A DNA stretch of 64,000 nucleotides from an uncultured delta proteobacterium (GTDB lineage Bacteria > Desulfobacterota > Syntrophorhabdia > Syntrophorhabdales > WCHB1-27), in assembly GCA_963835605.1 (NCBI GenBank), contig CAWIHO010000062.1:5177-69176 (forward strand), in the 5' to 3' direction. The position numbers and the translations under genes were made by a program. The notes under the pieces were generated by a model. The model did not search any database, was not told where the DNA came from, and was given only the letters and a program-made list of their open reading frames with translations. Below, piece after piece: positions 30,811-40,803 of this stretch. Positions within the stretch are counted from its first letter, which is position 1. Every line of letters begins with the position of its first letter.

Positions 30811-31200
30811 TTGGAGACATCCATAAATAATTTCAGAGAGTTACAGGACCATGACGACAGCTTTTCCACAGATTGTCCACAAAAATTGTGGAAAATTCAA
30901 AAAACGTGCCAAGTTCTGATTGTAATCTTCCTTCTTGTCGGTCTCCTCTTCCTCTGCGGCTGTTCGCAGGGAAGAGGGGTGGAAAGATTCAAAGCGTTAC
31001 CTCGCGGTACGACCTTGATCGCAAAGAGCGAAGCAGAGGTAAGGCAGGCACTTGGCGACCCAGACGTGATTAGCAAGACACCTGAAAACAGAATCCTCTG
31101 GAAATACAGACCTTCCTGGAAGGTCGTACCAAGCCCAAAGGACACTTTGTATGTCGAATTTGACAACGGAAAGGTCGCCAAGGTGTTCCAAATAAAATGA
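30811..31200 (+). CDS. Small lipoprotein, possibly BamE/SmpA_OmlA-like
   Basis: Lipobox LFLCGC. The mature part is ~85 aa with ...LGDPDVIS...WKY...LYVEFDNGKV. The true start is probably downstream of 30811. Confidence 0.45.
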   Translation: METSINNFRELQDHDDSFSTDCPQKLWKIQKTCQVLIVIFLLVGLLFLCGCSQGRGVERFKALPRGTTLIAKSEAEVRQALGDPDVISKTPENRILWKYRPSWKVVPSPKDTLYVEFDNGKVAKVFQIK

Positions 31201-31319
31201 GCAGAGATGAAGGCCTGAAGATCGGCCTGCATGGCAGACGGACGCGGGAAACTGCTCTCCTGCCCTCAAGGATGGAGTCGTCATGCAAACGGTGATAATA
31301 ATAAAGAATGTGGTGATCC

Positions 31320-31574
31320 ATGGTATGTGAAAAGTGTGGTGAAGGGGTAGATTTCATCAAATGCCAACGGTGCGGCGAGACGCTCCTTCGGTTGGGCTCG
31401 TTCTGCTATAAGTGCGGGGCTGAGCTCAAGACCTCAACTCAGGAGGCAACGGAGGAGACAGAGGAGTCGGACTTTTCCAAAAGGGTGCTTTGCAGCGATG
31501 GGGCCTGCATCGGGGTAATCAATGAGGAGGGAATATGCAAAGTATGCGGCAAGCCTTATACGCCGGATGCGTAA
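31320..31574 (+). CDS. Double zinc-ribbon protein
   Basis: 84 aa. Contains CEKCG...CQRCG, CYKCG and CSDGAC...CKVCG. Confidence 0.5.
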   Translation: MVCEKCGEGVDFIKCQRCGETLLRLGSFCYKCGAELKTSTQEATEETEESDFSKRVLCSDGACIGVINEEGICKVCGKPYTPDA

Positions 31575-32134
31575 TTGCCGTCCTTTTCCTGACCTCTTGT
31601 GCAACCTCCAACACCAACATGGCTTACAGCCGTTATATGTTCGAGGGGAAGAAGAACTGGCAGGCCAAAGACTATGCGCAGGCCAAAGCCGATTTTTTGA
31701 AGGCTTATGAAGCGGAGAAACGCGTTGCGCCGCTAGCCTGGGCCGCAACAACCAGTTATTGGCTCAATGACATCGCGAGTGCGGAACGCTACCTCCGGGA
31801 AGCAGAAGCTGACCCAGGGTTCAAGAAGGGGTTTTCCTATTTCCGGGTCATGGGCTACAATGCTCTTGTGCTTCTCAAACAAGGCAATAAGAGCGAGGGA
31901 CTAGCGGTCCTTAAAACGTACGTAGATGCTTACGGACACAGCTTTCCCTCTAGCAACCTCGCGAGAATTGACTTTATGGTCAAGAAGGGTGACGTAAATC
32001 TCCCCAGGCTAGAGGTTATGCTGGAAGATGACGTATGGGAATACGAGCAAGCTGCCGAACAGTTCGAGAGCGGCCGCACCGGCTATTTTGATAAAGCCTC
32101 CACTGCAGGCGGGGGCGGAGGAACACCCCCCTGA
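31535..32134 (+). CDS. Lipoprotein with TPR-like helical repeats and a Gly-rich tail
   Basis: Lipobox FLTSC. Helical content; ends in GGGGGTPP. Confidence 0.5.
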   Translation: MQSMRQALYAGCVIAVLFLTSCATSNTNMAYSRYMFEGKKNWQAKDYAQAKADFLKAYEAEKRVAPLAWAATTSYWLNDIASAERYLREAEADPGFKKGFSYFRVMGYNALVLLKQGNKSEGLAVLKTYVDAYGHSFPSSNLARIDFMVKKGDVNLPRLEVMLEDDVWEYEQAAEQFESGRTGYFDKASTAGGGGGTPP

Positions 32135-32208
32135 TACTACAGGAAAAACCTGTTTTCTTAACCTTAACCTTCGCATTAGTTTTTACCTTAACCTGAATTA
32201 AGGTCGAT

Positions 32209-33117
32209 ATGGGCGTCTTCGAGAAGATAAAGGAAGGCCTTTCCAAAACCAGGGCTCAACTCCAAACCCAGATAGAGTGGATCGTCAAGGGAAAGACCCT
32301 TGATGATGCCGCTTTCGACGCTATCGAGGAGGCGGTGATCCTGGCCGATGTTGGCATTGAAACAGCCGAGTTCCTCGTGAGGGCTGTCAGAGAAAGATGG
32401 AAGCTGGGCCAGGTGAAAACGGAGGCGGACCTGAAACAGGCCATGAGCGCCGAAATAGAAAAGCTCCTGCTGCCCTGCGAGGTGCCTTTCATGACGGACA
32501 AGGAAAAGCCTTTTGTAATATTGATGCTTGGGGTAAATGGGGCAGGGAAAACCACCAGCATAGCCAAACTGGCGAGGCTCTTTCTCGAAGATCGCAAGAA
32601 GGTGTTGTTTGGCGCTTGCGATACCTTCAGGGCAGCTGCGATCGAGCAGCTTGAAGTCTGGGCAGGGCGTCTGGGTGTCGACGTGATCAAGCACAAAGAC
32701 GGATCAGATCCTGCGGCAGTTGCGTACGACGCGACCCTCGCCGCTAAGGCGAGAGGTATGGATGTACTGTTGCTCGACACAGCCGGCCGCTTGCACACGA
32801 AGGTCAACCTGATGGAGGAAATGAAAAAGATCAAGAGGGTTGTCCAAAAGGAAATGGCAACGGCCCCCCACGAAACCTTGCTGGTCGTGGACGCAACAAA
32901 CGGCCAGAACGCGATCGTTCAAGCTCAGACATTTCACGACGCCCTCACCCTGACCGGCATTGTTGTCACAAAGCTTGACGGAACGGCGAAGGGCGGTTTT
33001 CTTCTGCCTATCGCCCACACACTGAAGCTCCCCATCCGCTTTGTCGGCGTGGGTGAGAAGATGGATGATCTGATCCCCTTCCGGGCAAAAGAATTCGCGA
33101 CTGCGATGTTTGAGTAA
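32209..33117 (+). CDS. ftsY: Signal recognition particle receptor FtsY (short form, NG domain only)
   Basis: 302 aa. Contains GVNGAGKTTSIAKLA, DTAGRLH and TKLDGTAKGG. Confidence 0.93.
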   Translation: MGVFEKIKEGLSKTRAQLQTQIEWIVKGKTLDDAAFDAIEEAVILADVGIETAEFLVRAVRERWKLGQVKTEADLKQAMSAEIEKLLLPCEVPFMTDKEKPFVILMLGVNGAGKTTSIAKLARLFLEDRKKVLFGACDTFRAAAIEQLEVWAGRLGVDVIKHKDGSDPAAVAYDATLAAKARGMDVLLLDTAGRLHTKVNLMEEMKKIKRVVQKEMATAPHETLLVVDATNGQNAIVQAQTFHDALTLTGIVVTKLDGTAKGGFLLPIAHTLKLPIRFVGVGEKMDDLIPFRAKEFATAMFE

Positions 33118-33760
33118 GGGGAAAAGATTCCGCGGGGGGTTAGCCATGCAAGTAACGCGACATATTAAGGCGAAGCTTTTGACCGGGCTGTTTGTGCTCA
33201 TACCGGTCCTGGTAACCCTTTACGTGGTCTACCTCATCGTCTCCTTTCTTGATGGCATCCTCTCTCCGATCCTGACGAATCTTTCGCTGAGTCTGCTCGG
33301 CAGATCGCTCTATATCCCCGGCCTTGGGCTTCTCCTCTTTATCATCATCACCTACGTCATAGGGGTCCTCACCTCTAATTACGCGGGGAAAAAGCTTCTG
33401 TCATACGGCGAAGCGCTACTCAAGAAAATTCCGTTCGTAAAAAGCATTTACGGTTCCACCAAAGATTTTATTGAGGCCTTTTCCTCTGAGAAACTAAAAG
33501 CCTTCAGAGAAGTTGTCGTAACCGAATTCCCTCACGAGGGATCCTATAGTCTTGGACTGGTTACAGGTCGCCTGCAACGGGGGTCTATCGCTTTCTGCTC
33601 GGTGTTTGTACCCACCACACCAAACCCCACTTCCGGGTATCTGCTCCTTGTTCCCGAGGACAGGCTCTTTTTTTTAACCGTTTCGGTTGAAGATGCAGTC
33701 AAGTATATTATTTCGCTCGGCACTTCGAAGGTTGACCTGGGATGGGAAGAGAAGAAATAG
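33110..33760 (+). CDS. DUF502 family membrane protein
   Basis: Two N-terminal TM helices. Contains IPFVKSIYGS and PTTPNPTSGYLLLVP. Confidence 0.75.
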   Translation: MSKGKRFRGGLAMQVTRHIKAKLLTGLFVLIPVLVTLYVVYLIVSFLDGILSPILTNLSLSLLGRSLYIPGLGLLLFIIITYVIGVLTSNYAGKKLLSYGEALLKKIPFVKSIYGSTKDFIEAFSSEKLKAFREVVVTEFPHEGSYSLGLVTGRLQRGSIAFCSVFVPTTPNPTSGYLLLVPEDRLFFLTVSVEDAVKYIISLGTSKVDLGWEEKK

Positions 33761-34458
33761 TAATCTGCCTGGAGGCGCTCCGAAGGACGCTCATTAGGAC
33801 GCTCATTGTAGCGGGCGTCGCAAGCGTGGTCAGCTTTTTCTTTTCAAAAAAGCTCGCCCTGCTTCTCATCAAAACGGTGCATGTAAAGGTCTACTATTTC
33901 ACGCTGCCTGAAGTGCTCTTCGCCAGCGTGGAGCTTGCCATTTACTCGGGCATATTCCTCTCTATCCCGGTGGCCGGCTTTATCGGATGGCGCGAGTTTC
34001 GACCGTTCCTGGAGCGAAAAAAGATCCATTCTCATCTGTTCGCAGGGGTAGCCATACTCCTTTTTTACATCGGCAGCCTCTTCTGCCTTTTCGTCGCGCT
34101 GCCGAATGGCATCGCTTTTCTCATCAGCTATCAAGGCGGCGCGATCAAAGCAATGATCTCTATCAAGCGGCTCATTGCTTTCTGCGTGGCTATGATGTTC
34201 GGTTTCGGTTTTGCTTTCGAGCTGCCTTTAGCGCTCCTGCTCCTGTCGAGACTGGGCGTCATCACTTCGCGCACGCTGGCCAGAGGTCGGCGATACGCCG
34301 TGCTGTTTATAGTGATAGCAGCGAGCGTCATCACTCCAACCCCTGATATCTACAACATGTCCCTACTCGCGGCCCCTCTGTATATACTTTACGAGCTCGG
34401 CCTCCTCTTCGTCAGAATGAGCGAAAGGCGGGCAAGGAAAGCAGCCGTCCTTTCTTGA
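33742..34458 (+). CDS. tatC: Twin-arginine translocase subunit TatC
   Basis: 238 aa, six predicted TM helices. Contains ITPTPDIYNMSLLAAPLYILYELG. Confidence 0.75.
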   Translation: MGREEIVICLEALRRTLIRTLIVAGVASVVSFFFSKKLALLLIKTVHVKVYYFTLPEVLFASVELAIYSGIFLSIPVAGFIGWREFRPFLERKKIHSHLFAGVAILLFYIGSLFCLFVALPNGIAFLISYQGGAIKAMISIKRLIAFCVAMMFGFGFAFELPLALLLLSRLGVITSRTLARGRRYAVLFIVIAASVITPTPDIYNMSLLAAPLYILYELGLLFVRMSERRARKAAVLS

Positions 34459-34492
34459 CCCACGGTCTAAATCCGTTTACAATGGTGATACC

Positions 34493-35068
34493 GTGGAAGC
34501 CTGGATAATGCACTACGGCTATATCGGGGTGGCGATAGGCACCTTCTTCGAGGGCGAAGCCACAGCGCTCCTCGGCGGCATCTTTAGCCAGCTGGGATTC
34601 CTGAGTCTCATATGGGTCATACTCTGTGCATGCACCGGCACGTTTCTCGGCGACTGTACGTTCTTTTTTCTGGGAAGACTGTTCGGACGAACCCTTATCG
34701 ACCGATACGAGATTATGCGATCGCGAACACCCTTCGCCAACAAGGTCATCCGTCGCTATGGGCACCTCATTCTTTTTACCATGAGGTTTCTCGCCGGTTT
34801 CCGCACCATGATCCTCCTGCTTCTCGGCTGCACACATATGAACGTCGCCCGGTTCCTCGTGACCGACTTTCTGATGGCAGCCTTGTGGGCCGGGCTTCTT
34901 TCCTTGCTCGGTTATTCATTCGGCAACGTGATCTACATTTTCGTGACAGACATCACGCGGTATCAAACGCTGGTAGTCCCTGTGGTGGTGGCTGGCGCTA
35001 TCGCGGTCATTCTCCTCTACAGATATTTTGTTAGAAGAAAGGAGGGAGAACGACGATATGGAAGTTGA
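34493..35068 (+). CDS. DedA/VTT-domain membrane protein
   Basis: 191 aa. Contains GYIGVAIGTFFEGEATALLGG and RFLAGFRT. Confidence 0.8.
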   Translation: MEAWIMHYGYIGVAIGTFFEGEATALLGGIFSQLGFLSLIWVILCACTGTFLGDCTFFFLGRLFGRTLIDRYEIMRSRTPFANKVIRRYGHLILFTMRFLAGFRTMILLLLGCTHMNVARFLVTDFLMAALWAGLLSLLGYSFGNVIYIFVTDITRYQTLVVPVVVAGAIAVILLYRYFVRRKEGERRYGS

Positions 35069-35282
35069 TCACAAAATGGTCCGAGAGTTGCAAAAAAAGT
35101 TTGAGCTCGAAATGAACAAAAGAGAAATCGAGATAACGGAGAACTGGAGAAAGGACCTGGAGGCGATTTACAAGAAAAAATATGAAAACGTGAATGGACT
35201 GCTCAACGACATGAGAATCCTGATGGAGCGTATGACCAACCGCGTAAATATTCTCACAAAAATGGTAAAAGAGGGTATGTAG
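35058..35282 (+). CDS. Small charged coiled-coil protein, function unknown
   Basis: MEVDHKMVRELQKKFELEMNKREIE..., with AGGAGGGA upstream of ATG 35058. The ORF is open from 35028. Confidence 0.4.
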   Translation: MEVDHKMVRELQKKFELEMNKREIEITENWRKDLEAIYKKKYENVNGLLNDMRILMERMTNRVNILTKMVKEGM

Positions 35283-35283
35283 C

Positions 35284-36307
35284 GTGAAAAGATGGACCAC
35301 CCTTGTTTTTGTTGCTTTTCTCCTTCTTATAGCTGCAGACGGCTACGGCCAGTCAGACATCCCTCAGCGGAAGCAGCAGCCGGTGGAGAGGCGGATTACC
35401 GATGCTGAAAAAGAGGTCGCGGGTCCCAGAAAAGAGGTGAGCTTTTTCAGCCTGCTTACCTTTCCCCCTCTCCCTGAATCTTTAACGCTCTGCAACAAGC
35501 CCATACCGCTCGCGGTCGATGACATTCGGGAACGATTTGAAAGGGAATATTATCAGATGCTCGAGCATCGGGGGCTTCTGACGATACTTGTCAAACGGTA
35601 CGCCAAATACGGGCCTATCCTGTCCGACGAGATCAACAAGATGAACATGCCTTCCGATCTTATCTACCTAGCGCTTACCGAGAGCTATCTCAACCCGCGC
35701 GCAGTCATCCAAGGCAAATGCCGGCGGCATGTGGCAGTTCATCAAGGAGACGGGCAAGCGCGAAGGGCTCAATATCAATGACAACATCGATGAGCGGTAC
35801 AGCATTGTTCGGTCAACGAGGTCAGCGCTCAGTTACTTAAAAAAACTGAATGATGAGTTCGGGGATTGGCTGCTGGCAATGGCAGCCTATAATTGCGGTG
35901 AAGCGCGTATCAGGGACGCCATTGCCAACCAGATGACCAGAGACTTCTTTGAGCTGTATCTCCCCGAAGAAACCGACAGGTACATTTACCGTGTTGCCTC
36001 CCTAAAGGAAATCATTACGAATACAAAGAAATATGGGCTCACGATAGACCAGAAAGACTACTATAAGCCTTTTGCGGTCACAGAGTACGTGCTGGAAGTG
36101 AAACAGGACGTGCACACCGCTACCCTTGCACAGGCAATGGACATGTCGTATAAAACCTTTCGGGAACTCAACCTACACCTGCGAAAGTATAGCCTCCCCA
36201 AAGGCGTCTACTACCTTTACGTTCCTTCCGAAAAGAAGGAGGTGTTTCTCCGGCGCTTAAAAGAAAATCCAAATTTGGGTATTCAGAATTATCGGGACCG
36301 GAATTAA
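35284..36307 (+). pseudogene. Lytic transglycosylase (SLT domain), frameshift near 35700 as assembled
   Basis: Signal peptide MKRWTTLVFVAFLLLIAADG. ...LALTESYLNPRA in one frame continues as SSKANAGGMWQFIKETGK in the next, which together form the SLT catalytic motif. The junction lies in a CGCGCGC tract. Confidence 0.75.
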
Positions 36308-36389
36308 TAGCCAAGAAAGATTGCTACATATGTTCAGCAGAATGAACATTTTCTTTTCTTCCCGATCATGCTTTTCATTCGGAATTTGC

Positions 36390-36419
36390 TTGACAAAAAC
36401 GCTTGCTTCATCTTAGAGT
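36390..36419 (+). promoter_or_regulatory. Candidate sigma70-type promoter of the molybdenum-hydroxylase operon
   Basis: TTGACA (36390-36395), then a 17-18 nt spacer, then TTAGAGT. This leaves a ~190-nt leader before ATG 36613. Confidence 0.35.
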
Positions 36420-36612
36420 ATGCCTGAGATTTACAAGAGTGAACAACAACCGCAGATAGCATCCCAAAGCTTTACAGGACACGCCGGGTTCACTCCAACT
36501 GCAGTGAGATCAGCATCCAATAAGCGGTCCGATGAAACGACGGGAAACTATAAGACAGGGTCTCTTGATAGTCTCTTCATTCAATCTTATGTATTAAGCG
36601 AGGAGGTAGTGT

Positions 36613-36858
36613 ATGGCAAAGGCGAAAATGGTTTGTCCATTTTCGGGCAAAGTGTGTATCCAGTGTGGTATATTCAGAGGGAGGCACGCCGGCTTCTGCT
36701 ACGTGACGACATATCGCGGAAATATGCAGGAGGGGCAGGTGCTCAAGAAGCCGGAACCGACGCGCAGCAGTGACACGAAGTTCGATCTCCCCGAGATTCC
36801 CTTTGACCCGAACCGACTGGCAAACCTTGAAGACTGTATGGAAAGGAGGGGCACATGA
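36613..36858 (+). CDS. Small Cys-motif protein, translationally coupled to the hydroxylase FAD subunit
   Basis: 81 aa. GAGGAGG upstream. N-terminal CPFSGKVCIQCGIFRGRHAGFC. Its stop overlaps the next ATG (ATGA). Confidence 0.6.
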   Translation: MAKAKMVCPFSGKVCIQCGIFRGRHAGFCYVTTYRGNMQEGQVLKKPEPTRSSDTKFDLPEIPFDPNRLANLEDCMERRGT

Positions 36859-37730
36859 TTCACGATTTTACGTACTTACAACCCGGTAGCGTTAAGGAAG
36901 CGCTCGCGATGCTTGCAGAGCACAAGGACGACTGCAAGATCATCTGCGGCGGACAGTCACTCTTGATCGTGATGCGGCAGGGATTGGTGCAGACCGAGTA
37001 CCTGATCGACATCAAGCGACTTAATGAGCTTAATTACATTAAGTACGATGATAAGGGCGGGCTCAAGATAGGGGCAACGACCACCCACCGCGCGATCGAG
37101 AAGTCTGACGTGATTGCAAAGAAGTACCCGGTCCTCGTTGACATGGAACACAAGTTGGCATCCATCCAAGTGCGGAACTGGGGCACCATCGGCGGTAACC
37201 TGGCTCATGCGGACGCAGCAGGCGACCCGGCACCGGTCCTTACCGCGCTCAACGCCACGGTCAAGGTGGGCAGCGCAAAGGGCGAGAGGACCATCCCCCT
37301 CGAGGAGTTCTACACCGATCTCTTCGAAACGGCCATGGAGCCGGGTGAGCTGGTGCTCGAGGTCCAGGTCCCCGCACCCGCCCCGAAGACGGCAACGGCT
37401 TACCAGAAGTTCAACCTGCTGGAAAGCGACCAGGGCATCGTCGCCGTTGCGGTAACAATCACGGTCGATGCGGGCGGTACCTGCAAGGAGGCGCGGATCG
37501 TCCTTGGGAACGCAGCCTCCACGTCGATACGGGCGAAGAACGCGGAAGCGGTCCTCGTTGGGAAGAAATTGACCGACGCGCTCTTTGAAAAGGCAGGCGA
37601 GGCAGCATCACAGGAATGCGAGCCTGTCGGGGACATTCACGCATCTGAAGAATACAGACGCCATCTGATAGGTGTCCTCACCAGGAGAATGGCGAAGGCG
37701 GCCTTTGAACAGGCCAAAAAGATCGGCTAG
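36855..37730 (+). CDS. Molybdenum hydroxylase FAD-binding (medium, CoxM/XdhB-like) subunit
   Basis: 291 aa. Contains GGQSLL, GTIGGNLAHADAAGD and EEYRRHL. Confidence 0.88.
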   Translation: MIHDFTYLQPGSVKEALAMLAEHKDDCKIICGGQSLLIVMRQGLVQTEYLIDIKRLNELNYIKYDDKGGLKIGATTTHRAIEKSDVIAKKYPVLVDMEHKLASIQVRNWGTIGGNLAHADAAGDPAPVLTALNATVKVGSAKGERTIPLEEFYTDLFETAMEPGELVLEVQVPAPAPKTATAYQKFNLLESDQGIVAVAVTITVDAGGTCKEARIVLGNAASTSIRAKNAEAVLVGKKLTDALFEKAGEAASQECEPVGDIHASEEYRRHLIGVLTRRMAKAAFEQAKKIG

Positions 37731-37748
37731 GGAAGGAGGTCGGATCAT

Positions 37749-38237
37749 ATGGAAAAGAAGCTATTGCGGTTCACAGTGAATGAGGCACCATACGAGATTT
37801 ACATAAATCCCAAGACCCTTCTGGTCGAAGCCATCAGAGATCATGTCGGGCTCACCGGGACCAAGAGGGGCTGCGAGACGGTCTCCTGCGGCGCATGCAC
37901 CGTCATGGTGGATGGCATGGCGGTAAAGGGTTGCTCCGTGCTTGCCATGCAGGTGGAAGGGATGAAGGTCACAACGGTTGAGGGCCTGGAGAAAAACGGT
38001 AAACTTGATCCAATCCAGACGGCATTCCTCGACGAGGGCGCCTTTCAGTGCGGTTTCTGCACGTCCGGCATGCTCATGTCGGCCAAGGCCTTCCTTGATG
38101 AGACGCCGAAGCCAAAGGATGAGATGGAAATCAGGCGCGCCATGGAGGGCAACCTCTGCCGGTGCACCGGCTACAACGCCATCATCAGGGCGATCGACGC
38201 GGTGGCCAAGGGGAACTACAGGGAGGATAAGCGATGA
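37749..38237 (+). CDS. Molybdenum hydroxylase [2Fe-2S] (small, CoxS-like) subunit
   Basis: 162 aa. Contains CETVSCGACTV, QCGFCTSGM and CRCTGY. Confidence 0.92.
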   Translation: MEKKLLRFTVNEAPYEIYINPKTLLVEAIRDHVGLTGTKRGCETVSCGACTVMVDGMAVKGCSVLAMQVEGMKVTTVEGLEKNGKLDPIQTAFLDEGAFQCGFCTSGMLMSAKAFLDETPKPKDEMEIRRAMEGNLCRCTGYNAIIRAIDAVAKGNYREDKR

Positions 38238-40529
38238 GCGAGAACAAATATAGCGTCCTTAATACAAGGGTTCATAATGTGGACGGCCATGCCAAGGTGA
38301 CGGGACGGGCGACGTACACGTTCGACGTGACACTGCCCGGCATGCTCTACGGGAAGATCCTGCGGAGCCCCCACCCCCACGCCAAGATACTCAAGATTGA
38401 CTATAGTGAAGCACTGAAATTCCCGGGTGTGATAGCAGTCGTTACCGGGAAGGAAGATACGCTCGGTGTAAAGCAGGGTATCTGGAGACGTTACAAGGAT
38501 CTGTGCGACGAGGCGATCCTGACGGTCGACAAAGTCCGTTACATCGGCGAGCCCGTTGCAGCGGTCGCTGCCGTGAGCGAGGAGATCGCCGAGCAGGCAC
38601 TCGACCTTATTAATGTGGACTATGAGGTACTTCCCTTCGTTGATGACCCGATGGAAGCCATCAAGAAAGATGCCCCACTGATTCACGAAGGCTTCGAGAG
38701 GAACGTGAACGTGACGCGCCAGATTTCCTGGGGCGATGTGGAAGAAGCATTCGAGGAAGCTGACTATATCAGGGAAGACTGGTTCAAGCTGGGCGGCCAG
38801 CACCATATGTGCATGGAGACCCGCGCGGCGGTGGCGAACTACACGCCTGACGGGAAACTCACGATCTATACATCAACCCAGTCTGCCTACTATCACCAGG
38901 CGCTCCTCGCCGGCGTGCTCGGCCTGCGCGAGGGTAACATCCGTGTGCTCGCACCCTATGTCGGCGGCGGCTTCGGCGGCAAGTTCGAGCTTGACGGCGC
39001 CCAATTCTGCGCATCGATCCTCTCCATGAAATGCTGTAAACCTGTCAAGGTTGTCTTCTCACGGGAGGAAGATTTTATCGCTTCCAAGCGTCGTACCCCC
39101 ATGTACTACTATGTGCGCACCGGCGTCAAAAAGGACGGGACCTTCTGCGCAAGGGAGGCTAAGGTATTCACGAACGGCGGCGCTTACACGGGTATGGGCG
39201 CCACAGCCCTTTACCTGACAGGTTTCTTTCACTCCTTCCCTTACCGCTGGAAGGCGTACCGCTATGACGGCTACAGGGTTTACACGAACAGCCTGCCCTC
39301 CACCTCGATGCGCGGCTTCGGCGCTCCGCAGGCTATGTTCTGCTCGGAGCAGCAGCTCGAGTGGATAGCGAATGACCTGGGTCTCGACCCGATTGAGATG
39401 AGGCGCAAAGAACGGACATTATGAAGGGTATGAAGTCCCGGGACAGGCCACCATCGCGAGCTGCGGCCTGGATCAGGCTCTCACAGCGATCCAGAAGTGG
39501 ATAAAGTCAAAAGGCAAGCTCCCGAAAAACAGGGCCATCGGCATCTCCGCGGCGGGCTTCATGTCCGGCGGTATCTTCAACTGGTTCGACTCCCCTTATT
39601 CCTTCTCTTCTGCGGTTGTCACGATCAATCACGATGGAACCGTAGAACTCCATGTCGGCGCGCAGGAGATCGGGCAGGGCTCCAGCACCACAATGGCTAT
39701 GATCTGCGCAGAGGCGCTGGGTGTTAAGCTGGAAGACATCAAGGTACACATGGGTGACACGGACCACTCTCCGGCTGACCTGGGCGCATGGGGCTCCAGG
39801 CAGACCCTGATGGCCGGTAACGCAACAAAGATGGCGGCGGAGGATGCAAAGCGGCAGCTCCTTGAATTCGCCAATGCAAAGCTGGGATTCAACATCATAT
39901 ACGATCTGGACATAAAGCAGGGTTGGGTTTACAACGTAGCCCGGCCGGAGAGGGGCATGAGCTACTATGACCTCTGCAAGCAAGCGCTTCGCGGCAAGGA
40001 AGGTCAGCGTATTATCGGCAGAGGCTTTTACACGCCTCGCAGAAAGGGCATGATCTCCCCCGCATACAGTTACATGGTGCAGGGCCTCGACGTAGAGATC
40101 GATCCCGAGACCGGCTACATCAAGATCCACGAAAGCGTCACCGCACACGACTGCGGGCAGCCGATCAACACTCTCGGCCTCATTGGCCAGCTCGAAGGTG
40201 CAGCCTCCATGGCCATCGGGTTCGGCTATTATGAGTACCTGCCGGTCGAAGACGGCAAAATCATGAACCCGAATCTGGTTGACTACAAGCTCATCCGCGC
40301 CCCTGAGATGCCAAGCTGCCAGGTCATCGAAATCGATACGTATGAGCCGGAGGGACCTTACGGCGCGAAAGAGGCAGGCGAAGGCCTTACCAACCCGCAT
40401 GCTGCGGCACTGGGCAACGCGATATACTACGCGACCGGCCTTCAGATGAAAGAGGCGCCTATCCGCGCTGAAGCGATCGCGAATGCTTGGAAGGAAAAAA
40501 ACCAAAAAGAGAAGAAAGAGAAGAAATAA
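38234..40529 (+). pseudogene. Molybdenum hydroxylase molybdopterin-binding large subunit, frameshift at ~39407-39409 as assembled
   Basis: ORFs 38234-39424 and 39561-40529 are two parts of one protein. The +2 frame reads continuously ...NGHYEGYEVPGQATIASCGLDQALTAIQKWIKSKGKLPKNRAIGISAAGFMSGGIF... The frames join at CGCAAAGAAC. Confidence 0.82.
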
Positions 40530-40540
40530 AGGAGGTTACC

Positions 40541-40759
40541 GTGAGCGTGATCTGTCCAGTTTGTAAAAAAGTTAAAAAGAACCCGGTTGACTGCGCCAGG
40601 CACATGTTCGGTACCGGCGATAAGCCCCACAGGGCGTGGTTTGAGACACAGGGCCTCTCTTTCATAGACCTGCTCCTTGACCAGGCCACCCAGCCCGGCA
40701 ACAAGTCCTACGAGTTGGTCGGCGGTTACGTGGAGAAGGCGCAGAAGGATCTGAAGTAG
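40541..40759 (+). CDS. Small CxxC...CxxH protein downstream of the large subunit
   Basis: AAGGAGG, then GTG at 40541. Sequence VSVICPVCKKVKKNPVDCARHMF... The longer ORF from 40487 overlaps the large-subunit tail. Confidence 0.45.
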   Translation: MSVICPVCKKVKKNPVDCARHMFGTGDKPHRAWFETQGLSFIDLLLDQATQPGNKSYELVGGYVEKAQKDLK

Positions 40760-40803
40760 GCGGCCACGGGCCTGACAAGAAAAGAACAGAACAGGAGGAG
40801 CAG

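Noticed and set aside
36420-36612. Possible molybdenum-cofactor riboswitch ahead of a molybdoenzyme operon.
   Set aside because: I could not recognise the conserved Moco-motif elements by eye. I left it as an unclassified leader that needs an Infernal scan.
36420-36773. 117-aa plus-strand ORF upstream of, and overlapping, the 81-aa Cys-motif gene.
   Set aside because: It has no ribosome-binding site and a non-protein-like composition, and it overlaps an ORF with a strong GAGGAGG site. I treated it as leader RNA.
38234-40529. Possible aerobic-type CO dehydrogenase (CoxL), suggested by the CoxG neighbour.
   Set aside because: The active-site loop reads SMRGFGAPQ, which is XDH-like, and not AYRCSFR or AYRGAGR.
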